Part shown: positions 1 through 7,701 of the stretch, piece after piece
Numbering within the stretch: position 1 is the stretch's first letter
Layout: each line of letters begins with the position of its first letter
Translations under genes and position numbers: made by a program
From: a virus
Lineage: Duplodnaviria; Caudoviricetes
Length of the DNA: 26,845 nucleotides
IMG/VR virus record: IMGVR_UViG_3300032116_001119
Coordinates: 1-26,845 of that record
Reading direction: 5' to 3' (one strand)
The notes under the pieces: model-generated
The model's input: the letters and a program-made list of their open reading frames with translations, nothing else
Told to the model about the DNA's origin: nothing
The model's database searches: none

Positions 1-98
1 TTGCCGTTGTTGTCGCGCTTAAAATTGGCCTTTCCGCAAGCTTGGTTAGCGCGCTGCCACCGGAAGCGCAGCGACACTTCGAAGAGGCAAAGACATGA
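1..98 (+). CDS. 3' end of an upstream hypothetical gene (partial)
   Basis: Open frame from base 3 (AVVVALKIGL...HFEEAKT) ending TGA 96-98, overlapping the next ATG (ATGA). Confidence 0.55.
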   Translation, partial: AVVVALKIGLSASLVSALPPEAQRHFEEAKT

Positions 99-331
99 CC
101 GAGGATGAGGCGAAGACGAAATGGTGTCCGTTTACGCGCGCTATGGCGGCGTCAGTGAGCACCAGCCCCAACAGGCTACTCGACGGTGCCCCGCATCGCG
201 GATCGATGTGCATCGGCTCCGCCTGCATGGCTTGGCGCTGGCATCAGCCAACTTATAGCGGCCGGTATGGCGAAACACCAACTGGCGAAGCGCCCACTGA
301 AGGCCACTGCGGCCTAGCGAGCCGCCCATGA
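95..331 (+). CDS. Small Cys-rich phage protein, probable Zn-binding
   Basis: 78 aa; KWCPF...CIGSACMAWRW...GHCGLA with four Cys; GAGG upstream; ATGA overlaps at both ends. Confidence 0.8.
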   Translation: MTEDEAKTKWCPFTRAMAASVSTSPNRLLDGAPHRGSMCIGSACMAWRWHQPTYSGRYGETPTGEAPTEGHCGLASRP

Positions 332-552
332 CTGACACGAAACAGAAAAGCCCCGCATCCCGCAGTGCCGGTTTGGTTGAGCCAGCGCTTGACGGTAGCC
401 AACCCATTGCCGGGCGTGGGGCGGGCGAGCCCGGCACCAACACAGACCAGCCACATCGAACCGAAGGCTGGGACTGCGACGACGGCTGGGAGCTGGCCAC
501 GCCGGAAGCCCTGTCCGAGGTTTTCAACATCAAGCTGGTGGACAAGCAATGA
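328..552 (+). CDS. Hypothetical protein
   Basis: 74 aa; ATGA overlaps with both neighbours. Confidence 0.65.
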   Translation: MTDTKQKSPASRSAGLVEPALDGSQPIAGRGAGEPGTNTDQPHRTEGWDCDDGWELATPEALSEVFNIKLVDKQ

Positions 553-608
553 CCCTCATCCTCCTCCTCCAACTCATCGGCGTCGTCGTCTGGGCAGGTG
601 CGGAATGA
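549..608 (+). CDS. Putative 19 aa hydrophobic peptide (MTLILLLQLIGVVVWAGAE)
   Basis: Exactly bridges the flanking genes with ATGA overlaps at 549-552 and 605-608; not in the ORF track. Confidence 0.45.
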   Translation: MTLILLLQLIGVVVWAGAE

Positions 609-787
609 GACCGATCTCAATCCGCTGCTCGTGGGGCGTCCACAAGTTCACCGAGGTGGACGACTGCAACCGCGTGACCTGTGAGCGCTGCGGCGAACGC
701 AAGCCTGTCCGGTTCCGCGTGCTGTCGCCTGACGAATTGGACGGCCGGCAGATGATCAGGCCCAAGACCCGAGGAGCCAAACGATGA
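605..787 (+). CDS. Small zinc-ribbon phage protein
   Basis: 60 aa from ATG 605 (the track extends it to 365); CSWGVH...CERCG pattern; ATGA overlaps. Confidence 0.7.
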   Translation: MRPISIRCSWGVHKFTEVDDCNRVTCERCGERKPVRFRVLSPDELDGRQMIRPKTRGAKR

Positions 788-876
788 CCTGGACCCTGTT
801 CTGGCTGGGGCTGCTCCTGACGGTGATCTTCATCGGCTGGGCAATGTGGATGTCGCTGTCGAAAGGAGGCGAGTGA
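784..876 (+). CDS. 30 aa single-transmembrane peptide (MTWTLFWLGLLLTVIFIGWAMWMSLSKGGE)
   Basis: GAGGAG upstream, ATGA overlap at the start, TGATG overlap at the end; one strongly hydrophobic helix. Confidence 0.7.
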   Translation: MTWTLFWLGLLLTVIFIGWAMWMSLSKGGE

Positions 877-1067
877 TGACCCGCGGAGATGCACTGCAAT
901 GGGGCATAACGATCGACACGGACGGCAAGCGCTGGAACGTGACGCTGACCACTGCCCGCAAACCTGACTGGACCTTCGACACGTTCGAAGACCTCATCGC
1001 GTGGCTCGAAGATGAGAACGAGGGGCTCAAAGTCTCCAAGATGATCAAGGAGCCCCCCCATGCCTGA
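876..1067 (+). CDS. Hypothetical protein
   Basis: 63 aa from ATG 876 preceded by AAGGAGG; GC3-rich codons. Confidence 0.75.
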   Translation: MTRGDALQWGITIDTDGKRWNVTLTTARKPDWTFDTFEDLIAWLEDENEGLKVSKMIKEPPHA

Positions 1068-1434
1068 CGACACGAAAGCCTACCTCACCGCCCTCGAAGC
1101 CGCCCTCGCCGCATCCAACGCGCCCGAGCAGCGCAAGAAGCGTGAACGCCTTGCCGCCATCACCCGCGAGTACGAGGAACTGTCTGCCTCAATCACAGAG
1201 GCCGACAGGGCCGTCACAGAGGCCGAGATCGCTTTGAGCCGCCACCTCAGCGCCAAACATGGCAAAACGCCGCCAGCGGCCATCCTGAGCGATCCTGAGG
1301 CATTGCCCGAAATCCCATCCCTCGACGGCACGCCCTGCGACGACCTCCTCGACGGCTCGATCACCGAGGACGCCAGCGGACGGTACGAGGCCCGAGCTGG
1401 CCGCTGGCGCCGCATTTCCGAGGAGGCCGCATGA
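1060..1434 (+). CDS. Hypothetical protein with N-terminal coiled coil
   Basis: 124 aa; AAGGAG upstream; Ala/Glu-rich helical N-half. Confidence 0.75.
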   Translation: MPDDTKAYLTALEAALAASNAPEQRKKRERLAAITREYEELSASITEADRAVTEAEIALSRHLSAKHGKTPPAAILSDPEALPEIPSLDGTPCDDLLDGSITEDASGRYEARAGRWRRISEEAA

Positions 1435-2111
1435 CCCAGCCCCGCACCCTGTCACCCGCTGCCACCTCGCCGGCTGCCATCCTCGCCAGGATCGCAGAGG
1501 AGCACGGCTATTCGATCGACGCGCTCAGGGGCCGGTCTCAGGAAGAACGCCTGTGCCGCGCCCGTGCCCGTGCCATGAAGGCCCTGCGCGAGCGCGGCTG
1601 GTCGATCCGGCGCATCGGTGCCTACTTCGGAAACCGCACACCGGGCGCGGTCCACTACATCTTGTGCCATGTGAAAGAACGGCAACAAAGTGTTCAGTCT
1701 TACCTTGAACACCCCGATCTGGTGCATGAGGTCGAGGCCCAGCTGCGCCGCATTACCGGGGTCAACCTGACCCATCAGGTCGCCTATCAACTCTCCATCC
1801 CCACATGGCAGGCTATATTCCTTGCTATCCTGATGGAGGCCTATCCCAACGTGCGCACCGCCGAACAGATCATGGAAGCCTATGAGGCCGCCTCCGAGCG
1901 GCTGAACCAGGAGTCGAACGGCGCGATGGACAGCCAGATCCGCACGTTCAACTACCACATCCGCAAACGCTTCGAGGCGCTCGGCCTGCCCGAACCCGTT
2001 GATGCGATCCGCCCGCGCGGGTTCGTCCTGACCTATGCCGCAGCTGTCTGGCTGCACAACCAGTTTGGCCGCCCCCTGATGCTGACACAGCCGGCGAGGG
2101 CGAGCGCATGA
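1431..2111 (+). CDS. Two-domain DNA-binding protein: DnaA C-terminal-like HTH plus OmpR/PhoB(CtrA)-like winged HTH
   Basis: N-part IAEEHGYSIDALRGRS..RARARAMKALR..GWSIRRIGAYFGNRTPGAVHY fits the DnaA domain IV pattern. C-part FLAILMEAYPNVRTAEQIM...IRTFNYHIRKRF...VDAIRPRGFVL fits the OmpR-type effector pattern. GAGGAGG RBS. Confidence 0.75.
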   Translation: MTQPRTLSPAATSPAAILARIAEEHGYSIDALRGRSQEERLCRARARAMKALRERGWSIRRIGAYFGNRTPGAVHYILCHVKERQQSVQSYLEHPDLVHEVEAQLRRITGVNLTHQVAYQLSIPTWQAIFLAILMEAYPNVRTAEQIMEAYEAASERLNQESNGAMDSQIRTFNYHIRKRFEALGLPEPVDAIRPRGFVLTYAAAVWLHNQFGRPLMLTQPARASA

Positions 2112-2314
2112 CCGATCAACCCATGGAGAACGAGATGTACAACGAAATTGCAGGTCGCCTGATGACCGAAACCGAGCAGGCCGATCACAAGGCTCAATAC
2201 CGGGCTCAAGACAAGCTGAACCTTGTCCGCATGGCGCATGACATCACGCGCATCGAAGACCCGGAACAGCTGATGAAGATCGCAGACCAGCTCGACGCAT
2301 GGTCACGCAAGTAA
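2108..2314 (+). CDS. Hypothetical protein
   Basis: 68 aa; ATGA overlap; last gene of the coupled chain. Confidence 0.7.
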   Translation: MTDQPMENEMYNEIAGRLMTETEQADHKAQYRAQDKLNLVRMAHDITRIEDPEQLMKIADQLDAWSRK

Positions 2315-2321
2315 CATGAAT

Positions 2322-2438
2322 CGCGCGCTCCTATTTTGGCTCCCGCTGCCGCACCGGGCTACGGCGGACACTGGGCATCCTGCCTCGCAAGAGGTCAAAT
2401 CCGTTGGAGCGCGCGGGTTTGGCGCGGTCAAGGATGCC
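2322..2438 (+). ncRNA. Candidate structured RNA (three-way junction with pseudoknot)
   Basis: Pairings 2374-2381/2431-2438, 2382-2395 (GCAA tetraloop) and 2396-2403/2414-2421; loop 2406-2413 is complementary to 2324-2331; fills the intergenic gap. Confidence 0.5.
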
Positions 2439-2464
2439 AACCCGGAACTAACACTGGAGTTTGC

Positions 2465-2875
2465 ATGACCAGTCCTCTCATCAAGCTATCGTCTGAGGTT
2501 GCGCCCGGATCGCAAATCCCCCGCATCATCCACCAGATGGTCGAGGCTGCTGATCCGCCGCCCGGAACACATGCCCGTGTGGTGAATGTCTACGCCGCAT
2601 TCCTCGACAAGTTTACCGAGCGCCTCGCCAGGCGCGCCTTCGTGCCGATAAACGAGATCGCATTCGAGGCTGCGGCCTACGAGCACTCCGTCATGGACCG
2701 GAACGCCCCAGTCTTCCCCCACGGCTATCCCGTGATCGGCATCCACTTCAACGGCGCCATGGTCGGCATTACCGGCATCTCCTTCGACGGCACGGAATGC
2801 ACGATGCACCACGCCGAAACGACATCGGCTCAGTTCCTGCTCAAGGCTGAGCCTAAGTGGCTGAGGGCGGACTGA
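2465..2875 (+). CDS. Hypothetical protein upstream of terS
   Basis: 136 aa from ATG 2465 with GGAG upstream (the track's start at 2336 is unlikely); TGATG coupling to terS. Confidence 0.7.
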   Translation: MTSPLIKLSSEVAPGSQIPRIIHQMVEAADPPPGTHARVVNVYAAFLDKFTERLARRAFVPINEIAFEAAAYEHSVMDRNAPVFPHGYPVIGIHFNGAMVGITGISFDGTECTMHHAETTSAQFLLKAEPKWLRAD

Positions 2876-3432
2876 TGGCGCTCACCCCGAAGCAGGCGAA
2901 GTTCTGTGTAGAATATCTCATTGATCTGAATGGGACGCAGGCGGCTATTCGGGCTGGATACAGCGAAAACACTGCCGCTTCGATTGCGAATGAGAACCTT
3001 AGAAAACCTGAGATCATAGAAGAACTAAACCGTCTGCGTGGTGAAATCGCCAAAACGACAAAGATTACCCCTGAACGTATCCTTCAGGAGTATGCCCGGA
3101 TCGGGTTCAGCGACGTGCGCAAGACACTCGGTCCAGATGGCCAGCTGAAGAACCCACAAGAGTGGGATGACGACACAGCGGCCGCCATTGCCGGCGTTGA
3201 GGTCGTGACGCGCACGTCTGGCTATGGCGATGACGCTGCTGTCGAGTACGTCCACAAGATCAAAACCTGGGACAAGAAGGCCGCGCTCGACAGCATGGCA
3301 AAACACCTCGGCATGTTTGACGGCAAGAAGGGTGCCGACGATCCGGAGGAGACCGAGGAGGAGAAAAGCCTTCGGTCCATTGGCCGCAAGCTGGCGTTTG
3401 TTTTGCAGGGCGCTGTCAGCGGGGGCACCTGA
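2875..3432 (+). CDS. terS: Terminase small subunit
   Basis: MALTPKQAKFCVEYLIDLNGTQAAIRAGYSENTAASIANENLRKP is the classic small-terminase HTH N-terminus; IKTWDKKAALDSMAKHLGMF C-terminal motif. Confidence 0.95.
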   Translation: MALTPKQAKFCVEYLIDLNGTQAAIRAGYSENTAASIANENLRKPEIIEELNRLRGEIAKTTKITPERILQEYARIGFSDVRKTLGPDGQLKNPQEWDDDTAAAIAGVEVVTRTSGYGDDAAVEYVHKIKTWDKKAALDSMAKHLGMFDGKKGADDPEETEEEKSLRSIGRKLAFVLQGAVSGGT

Positions 3433-3435
3433 TCC

Positions 3436-5100
3436 GTGTCAGCCCTGTCGCTTGATGACATCCTCGCCAAACTGACAGCGCTGCCGATCGAGGAGCAGAA
3501 GAAGGCCATCGCCATAGCCGAAGAAGGCACGCGCGGCATGGTCATAGTGCCGAACCCCGGCCCTCAGACCATGGCCTACAACAGCAAGGCTGACTTGCTC
3601 TACTACGGCGGTTCGGCCGGCGGGGGTAAAACGATCCTCCTGCTGGCGCTGGCTGCCAATGAGCACCGGGTCAGCCGCTTGTTTCGCCGGCACTTCAAGG
3701 ACATCGACGGCGAGGGCGGCATGGTTGAGGCCCTGGCGGAGTCGCTGGGCTCCAAGAAGGGCTATAACCTTCAGAAGCACACATGGAAGCTCCCAGAGGA
3801 GCAGACAGCAGGCGTCAAGCGCTCCATCGAGTTCGGTGCATTCACGAACCAGACCGAGGCCGAAGCATATCAAGGCCGCGCGGCTGACTTCCTTGGCTTT
3901 GACGAGGCGGTGCAGTTCCAGGAAGACCTGATCGAGTTCGCCATGGGCTGGAACCGTCCGGCCAAAGGGGTGCCATCTGACCAGCGCTGCCGTGTCGTGC
4001 TGGCATCCAACCCGCCGCTGACACCGGAGGGTCTGTGGATCTTCGACTGGTTTGCGCCGTGGCTGGACCCTGAATATGCTGATCCGCTCAACAAGGGGCC
4101 GGCCCAGCCCGGCGAGCTACGGTGGTTCGCCAAGATCAACGGCGTCACGGTCGAGGTCGAGCATGACTGGGTGGGCCATATCACGGACGCTCAGGGCCGC
4201 GAGATAGAGGTCAGGCCGAAATCCCGCACGTTCATCCCGGCAGCATTGGCAGACAACCCCGACCTGATGGACAGCGATTACGCCAACCAGCTGGCGCTGC
4301 TGCCCCAGCACCTGCAAGACGCGCTGCTTCGGGGCAAGTTTGTCACGACCCTCGATGACGCTGAACGGCAGGTCATCCCGACCGCATGGATACTTGCGGC
4401 GCAGGAACGCTGGATGATCCGCAAGCGCGAGACTGATCCGGCCTCGCCTTACTACAAACCTATGTCGGCGCTTGGCGTGGACGTGGCGTCCGGAGGCGTT
4501 GACCGCATGGTTGCTGTGCCCTTGCACGGGGCGACGTTCGGCCGGCATGTCGTCAAGCCTGGCGCTGAGGTCCGTTCCGGCGGCGAAAAGCTGGCTTTCG
4601 TGGTCAGCGTGGCGCGTGACGATCCCCAGTTCAACGTCGATAACAACGGCTATGGCGACGATTTGTGCTCGGCCCTTGAGAGCAACGAGTTCAACGTCAA
4701 GCGCATCAAGGCCAGCTTCAGCCCGACCCGCAAGGCCCGCGATGGCCGCGAGTTCGAGAACATGCGCGCCCAGCTGGTCTGGGGATTGAGGGAGGCGCTG
4801 GACCCGGTAAACGGGGATAGCGTTGCCCTGCCGCCCGGCCGCGACGTGCTGCTGGAGCTGTCCAGCTTTCAGGAAAAGCCGCGCGAAGACATGCGTAAGG
4901 TCATCCGCATCGAGTCGAACGACGAGATCAAGAAGCGCATTGGCCGCTCACCAGACCTTGCCTGGGGCTACTTCTTTGCATGGGCTGCACCTGATGATCT
5001 GGCCAAGGCCGAGCGCAGGTCGCACGTCTCCAAGCGTGGCAATGCAGGCGCTACACCGCCCATCATCAGGCATCAGGCTAAGAACGTAGGCAGACGTTAA
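3436..5100 (+). CDS. terL: Terminase large subunit
   Basis: 554 aa, GTG start; adenine-binding PNPGPQ, Walker A YGGSAGGGKT, Walker B LGFDEA, coupling motif ASNP, nuclease LGVDVA and GRSPD. Confidence 0.95.
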   Translation: MSALSLDDILAKLTALPIEEQKKAIAIAEEGTRGMVIVPNPGPQTMAYNSKADLLYYGGSAGGGKTILLLALAANEHRVSRLFRRHFKDIDGEGGMVEALAESLGSKKGYNLQKHTWKLPEEQTAGVKRSIEFGAFTNQTEAEAYQGRAADFLGFDEAVQFQEDLIEFAMGWNRPAKGVPSDQRCRVVLASNPPLTPEGLWIFDWFAPWLDPEYADPLNKGPAQPGELRWFAKINGVTVEVEHDWVGHITDAQGREIEVRPKSRTFIPAALADNPDLMDSDYANQLALLPQHLQDALLRGKFVTTLDDAERQVIPTAWILAAQERWMIRKRETDPASPYYKPMSALGVDVASGGVDRMVAVPLHGATFGRHVVKPGAEVRSGGEKLAFVVSVARDDPQFNVDNNGYGDDLCSALESNEFNVKRIKASFSPTRKARDGREFENMRAQLVWGLREALDPVNGDSVALPPGRDVLLELSSFQEKPREDMRKVIRIESNDEIKKRIGRSPDLAWGYFFAWAAPDDLAKAERRSHVSKRGNAGATPPIIRHQAKNVGRR

Positions 5101-5118
5101 CCTGCCAGGTTCCCGCCC

Positions 5119-5334
5119 ATGATGCGTACACCCAGACTGCCGCCGCCTCCGCCTCCGGCGCCTCCGCCGAAGCCCATCCCCACCGCAACCGCGCCGAACG
5201 TGCGTCAGGCTGCGATCGAGGACGCGCGCAAGGGCCGAAGCCGCGCTGGCCGCATGTCCACACTGCTGTCCGGCTCCCTGGGTGACGGCAATTACGCTGC
5301 GCCTGCGACCAGCCAGCGGACGCTGCTCGGCTGA
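5119..5334 (+). CDS. Small Pro-rich virion-associated protein preceding the portal gene
   Basis: 71 aa; poly-Pro N-terminus, GRMSTLLSG and terminal RTLLG typical of pre-portal peptides in this gene order; TGATG coupling. Confidence 0.75.
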   Translation: MMRTPRLPPPPPPAPPPKPIPTATAPNVRQAAIEDARKGRSRAGRMSTLLSGSLGDGNYAAPATSQRTLLG

Positions 5335-7091
5335 TGGCATACGAGGCAGGCTCAGGCGACACGGCCCGCGTCGAGATGGACGCGCTGCAAACCCGTGCCC
5401 GCAAGGCGCTGGAGACGGCAGACAAGGCGTTCAAGGACAAGCTGCTGTTCGACGACCTGTTCCAGAAGCAGGCCGAGATTTTTTACCAGGAGCGCGCCGA
5501 CTTCACCCGAACCTATTCGTCCGGCGATGAGCGCTATGAAGGCGTGTATTCCGTCGAGCCGATGCTGATGCGGCGTGACCTCGCCCAGAACCTCGGCGCC
5601 ATGCTTCGCCCGCGTGGCCGTGACTGGTTCCGTGCTGTGGCCAAGCCTGAAGCCGTGATGAAGGACGACGAGGCCAAGCGCTGGTGCGAGGACGCGACCA
5701 AGACGCTCCGCAACATCGTGTACTCGCCAAGCGCCAACTTCTCGAAGGCCATGGCCGAGTCGGACCACGACTATGTGACGTTCGGCAATGCTGTCATCGC
5801 GCACCCGTACAACCTGATGCAGACCGGCATCCTGTTTAAATGCCTGCATTTGAAAGACGTGGCGTGGAGCAAGAACGCCGAGGGCAAGGTCGATACGCTG
5901 CACCACCGGCTGCACCTCACGCTGCGCCAGGCGGCCCAGCTGTTCGGCCTTGAGCGCCTGCCGGCCGAGTGGAAGCGCGAGATCGACCAGGGCCACCTCG
6001 AAGCCAAGAAAATCGTGTACCGCTGCACCATGCCGTTCGACCCGCTCGGCTATGACCCGAAGGAGCGCAAGCTCCGGGGCGCTGAGTACATGGCTGTCTA
6101 CGCCGCGAAGGGTGTGAAGGAGCCGGGCATTGGCTCGGGCGAGTTCCTGACGTTCCCGTATACCGTGCGGATCTGGATGGACGTGAGCGACGAGCCCTAT
6201 GGCCGCTCGCCCTGCACGTCTGTCGCCCTGTCTGATGGCCGGATGCTGAACATCTCCGAGTCCGCCATGATCGAGGGGCTGGAGAAGGCTGTCCGCCCGC
6301 CGCTGATTGCGAAGAAGGGCATCATCCAGGGCGCGCTGTCGCTGCAAGCCGATACCGTGACGTTTGTTTCGGAGGACTATGACTACCGGCTCGGTGATCC
6401 GCTGACCCCGGTGCAGTCCGGCGATCCGCGCTATGGCATGGAGTTCGTGCAGTTCCAGACCGAGCGCCTTGGCCGCGAGTTCTTCGTGAACCTGCTGAAG
6501 CGCCTGCCTGACAAAGAGATGACGGCCTACGAAGCAGCCGAATGGGTCGAGCAGTATGTGATCGAAGCTGCTCCGCTGTTCGAGCCGATGGAAGCCGAGA
6601 ACGCGATGCTGATGGACAGCGTGTTCAAGCGCGCCATGGCCAAGGGTGCGTTCGGCGCTGTGCTGCCGGACGGCTCGATCGACGGCTTGCCCGAGGCTCT
6701 GTCCGAGGCTGACATCGACTTCGAGTTCGAGACGCCGCTGTCGGACGCGCTGCGCAAGCTGAAGGCTGCCCAGTTCGACCAGGTGCTTGGCCGCGTGACG
6801 GCATTGATCGCAACGCAGCATCCCGAAGCGATGGACGCGATCGATAACGTGGACTTTGACGAGGCCCTGCGTGACGCGATGGAGGGCATTGCCCCGGCCA
6901 AGTGGCAGCGCAAGAAGGATGATGTCGAGGCGATCCGCGAGCAGCGCGCCGAGGCCCAGAACGCTGCGAAGATGGAAGCCATGGCGATGGAAGCAGGCAA
7001 GGCAGCGCTGAGCGCCAAGCCGGAGAACCTGCGCACTGTTGGCGATGCGATCGGCGGGGCGATGCTTGAACCTGGCATCGGTGCTGTCTGA
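5334..7091 (+). CDS. Portal protein (head-to-tail connector, T7 gp8-like)
   Basis: 585 aa; DYVTFGNA, EPYGRSP, EMTAYE and EFETPL motifs; position after terL. Confidence 0.93.
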   Translation: MAYEAGSGDTARVEMDALQTRARKALETADKAFKDKLLFDDLFQKQAEIFYQERADFTRTYSSGDERYEGVYSVEPMLMRRDLAQNLGAMLRPRGRDWFRAVAKPEAVMKDDEAKRWCEDATKTLRNIVYSPSANFSKAMAESDHDYVTFGNAVIAHPYNLMQTGILFKCLHLKDVAWSKNAEGKVDTLHHRLHLTLRQAAQLFGLERLPAEWKREIDQGHLEAKKIVYRCTMPFDPLGYDPKERKLRGAEYMAVYAAKGVKEPGIGSGEFLTFPYTVRIWMDVSDEPYGRSPCTSVALSDGRMLNISESAMIEGLEKAVRPPLIAKKGIIQGALSLQADTVTFVSEDYDYRLGDPLTPVQSGDPRYGMEFVQFQTERLGREFFVNLLKRLPDKEMTAYEAAEWVEQYVIEAAPLFEPMEAENAMLMDSVFKRAMAKGAFGAVLPDGSIDGLPEALSEADIDFEFETPLSDALRKLKAAQFDQVLGRVTALIATQHPEAMDAIDNVDFDEALRDAMEGIAPAKWQRKKDDVEAIREQRAEAQNAAKMEAMAMEAGKAALSAKPENLRTVGDAIGGAMLEPGIGAV

Positions 7092-7402
7092 TGCAGGCCC
7101 GCAAGCTCGGCCAGATACCGAAACTCGAGCCGGACCATGTGCTGGCGATCCGTGCGATCTTCCGCGGGACGGCGACTGAAGTGCAGCAGCGCATCGCGGT
7201 GCGGGAGATACTGCGCCAGTTCTGCGGCCTGACGACACTGGAACCTGCCCGCATGAACGAACGCGAGGCCGGGTTCATGGCAGGCCAGCGCTGGGTCGGT
7301 ATGGCGATGGGAGCTGTGGCCGGCATCAACCTCTACACGCTTCAGGATGTCGATCCTGAGTATGGCTGGGACTGCATCGAGGACAGCACGCAGGACGAAT
7401 GA
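7091..7402 (+). CDS. Conserved post-portal protein (BPP-1 Bbp19-like)
   Basis: 103 aa; QQRIAVREILRQFCG...AGFMAGQRWVG; position between portal and scaffold. Confidence 0.75.
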   Translation: MQARKLGQIPKLEPDHVLAIRAIFRGTATEVQQRIAVREILRQFCGLTTLEPARMNEREAGFMAGQRWVGMAMGAVAGINLYTLQDVDPEYGWDCIEDSTQDE

Positions 7403-7459
7403 ACCAGCCATAGCGGGCGGGGGTGTAGGCATGGGTCAAGCCAAAGGAGGGCTGACGTT

Positions 7460-7651
7460 ATGCCTAAGTTCGACCAAGTGTTTATCGGCAATGTTCTGGC
7501 TGGCCTCGCGCTGGCTTTCCTGATCGACAACCTCGCCATGGGCGGCGTCGTCACGAAGACGCTTCCGGCGGAAATCGTCGGCATCATCGGCTTCATCATC
7601 TTTGCAGGCGTGTGCCTGTACGGGTTCAAGCAGGCGAAGAAGCTCAACTAA
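7460..7651 (+). CDS. Small two-transmembrane protein (moron-like)
   Basis: 63 aa; AAGGAGG RBS; two hydrophobic helices and basic tail KQAKKLN. Confidence 0.75.
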   Translation: MPKFDQVFIGNVLAGLALAFLIDNLAMGGVVTKTLPAEIVGIIGFIIFAGVCLYGFKQAKKLN

Positions 7652-7701
7652 ACAACGCCTCCATCCAGCCTGCATATTCTGCACGCTGACAAGGAGATTT
7701 C

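Noticed and set aside
2322-2438. HDV-like ribozyme or SAM-II riboswitch identity for the structured intergenic RNA
   Set aside because: The interleaved stem order is superficially HDV-like, but there is no P3/L3/P1.1 consensus, and the SAM-II core sequence is absent.
2336-2464. N-terminal extension of the 2465-2875 gene (and the similar extensions 365-604, 846-875 and 2857-2874)
   Set aside because: Downstream ATGs have RBSs or coupling overlaps; the extensions read as non-coding or overlap other genes.
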